Below, piece by piece: positions 63,012 to 64,000 of a stretch of DNA of 64,000 bases; the stretch's first letter is position 1, and every line of letters starts with the position of its first letter. The position numbers were made by a program, and so were the translations under genes. Source of the stretch: Bispira polyomma (lineage: Eukaryota); the NCBI GenBank assembly GCA_965649765.1, contig OZ287759.1:1860001-1924000 (forward strand). The letters are read 5' to 3'. The notes below the pieces were generated by a model. That model made no database searches, had not been told where the DNA came from, and saw only the letters and a program-made list of their open reading frames with translations.

Positions 63012-64000
63012 AAATACTAAAAGTTCTTCTATAGCGCAAAATCTACACAAAGTAATCAATGCGCTTAACAGCATAAATTATAAATTAATGCTCAAAAGCA
63101 CAACTGAAAAAATGAGTTTTTAGTTTCTTTTTAAAAACACTGACTGCTGTACAGGTTTTCAGATGCTTTGGTAGAGTGTTCCATAGCTTAGGTCCACAAA
63201 CAGAAAATGCCCGATCTCCAAAGGTTTTTAACTTTGCCTTAGGAACTGTTAGCAAGTGTTCACTTGATGACCGCAGTAGTCGTGTGCTTTTGTGTGGAAG
63301 CAGCAGATCTTGGATATAGGGAGGTTCCAATCCTCTGATTGATTTAAACACCAAGAGAACAATTTTGTATTGAATCCGGTATTTGACAGGTAACCAATGC
63401 AGTGTTCTCAAGCATTCAAATGAACTTCTGTGCTCCATATTTGAATCTAACACAAGTCTAGCTGCACAATTTTGAACTCTTGCCGAGTAGTATAAATTCA
63501 GTTTTACCCTGGTTTAATTTCAACTTGTTGTTGCTCATCCACTTGTTAATAGCATCAATACAGTTTTCAAGATTACATACTATATCGGCTTGATTGTCTA
63601 TTTTGGGACTGAGGGATGTATAGAGTTGTGAGTCATCAGCATAAAGGTGATACTGAATGAGATGATGTCCTATAATCCCAGCCACTGGCTTGGTATACTT
63701 GCAGTAGAGGTCAGGTCCCATGACTGACCCTTGAGGTACACTATACTTCAAAGTATGTGGTTCAGATTTAGCACCATCTATCACTACACTTTGACTTCTC
63801 TTATCCAGGTATGAGTGAAACCACCGGTGAGCTGTGCCTTGTATACCATACATGTCATTCAATCTATTTAAGAGGATTTTATGATCAACCGTGTCGAAGG
63901 CTGCTGAGAGATCAAGAAGTGTTAACAGAACAACCTTCTTGTTATCCAGTTCAAGCAGAATATCATTTACCACCTTCAATACTGCTGTTTCAGTGGAGTG
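63012..64000 (-). mobile_element. Distinct L2/CR1-group LINE RT 3' end, running off the window and interrupting duplication copy B
   Basis: LDLSAAFDTVDH, VPQGSVMGP, YADD, LHWLP, GDRAFS..GPKLWN.LP and FKKKLKTHFF. Confidence 0.93.

Overview
AT-rich animal genomic DNA, not prokaryotic. An invertebrate host such as a mollusc is plausible from the repeat and gene content but is not provable here. The centre of the window is a complete 22,292-bp Maverick/Polinton (endogenous adintovirus-like dsDNA virus) at 22514-44805. It has 133-bp TIRs starting (AGT)3 and a perfect 6-bp TSD (TGTAAG), and it sits 52 bp into an intron of a disabled host NAT16/histidine N-acetyltransferase-like gene whose exons lie on both sides. 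The right arm holds the canonical core, all on + and mostly broken by stops or frameshifts: ZnF-pPolB, packaging ATPase, integrase-chromodomain, minor capsid, basic core protein, major capsid and adenain. It also carries a two-BIR IAP. Unusual content: (1) a NADAR/YbiA-like domain fused to the pPolB C-terminus; (2) a left accessory arm of spliced genes that the ORF track misses, namely a RING + Gln-rich + acidic-tail gene interleaved antisense with a type I membrane protein gene, and a second type I membrane protein with a Tyr-motif-rich tail; (3) tandem PC4-like genes pointing outward at both ends; (4) repeat arrays upstream of pPolB and the IAP. The flanks contain a ~10-kb direct segmental duplication (about 575-11215 vs 53835-63010) with decayed L2/CR1 and Tx1/L1 LINEs, tRNA-derived SINEs, MITEs and short cis-templated insertions. 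All family assignments are by-eye motif recognition; no searches were run.
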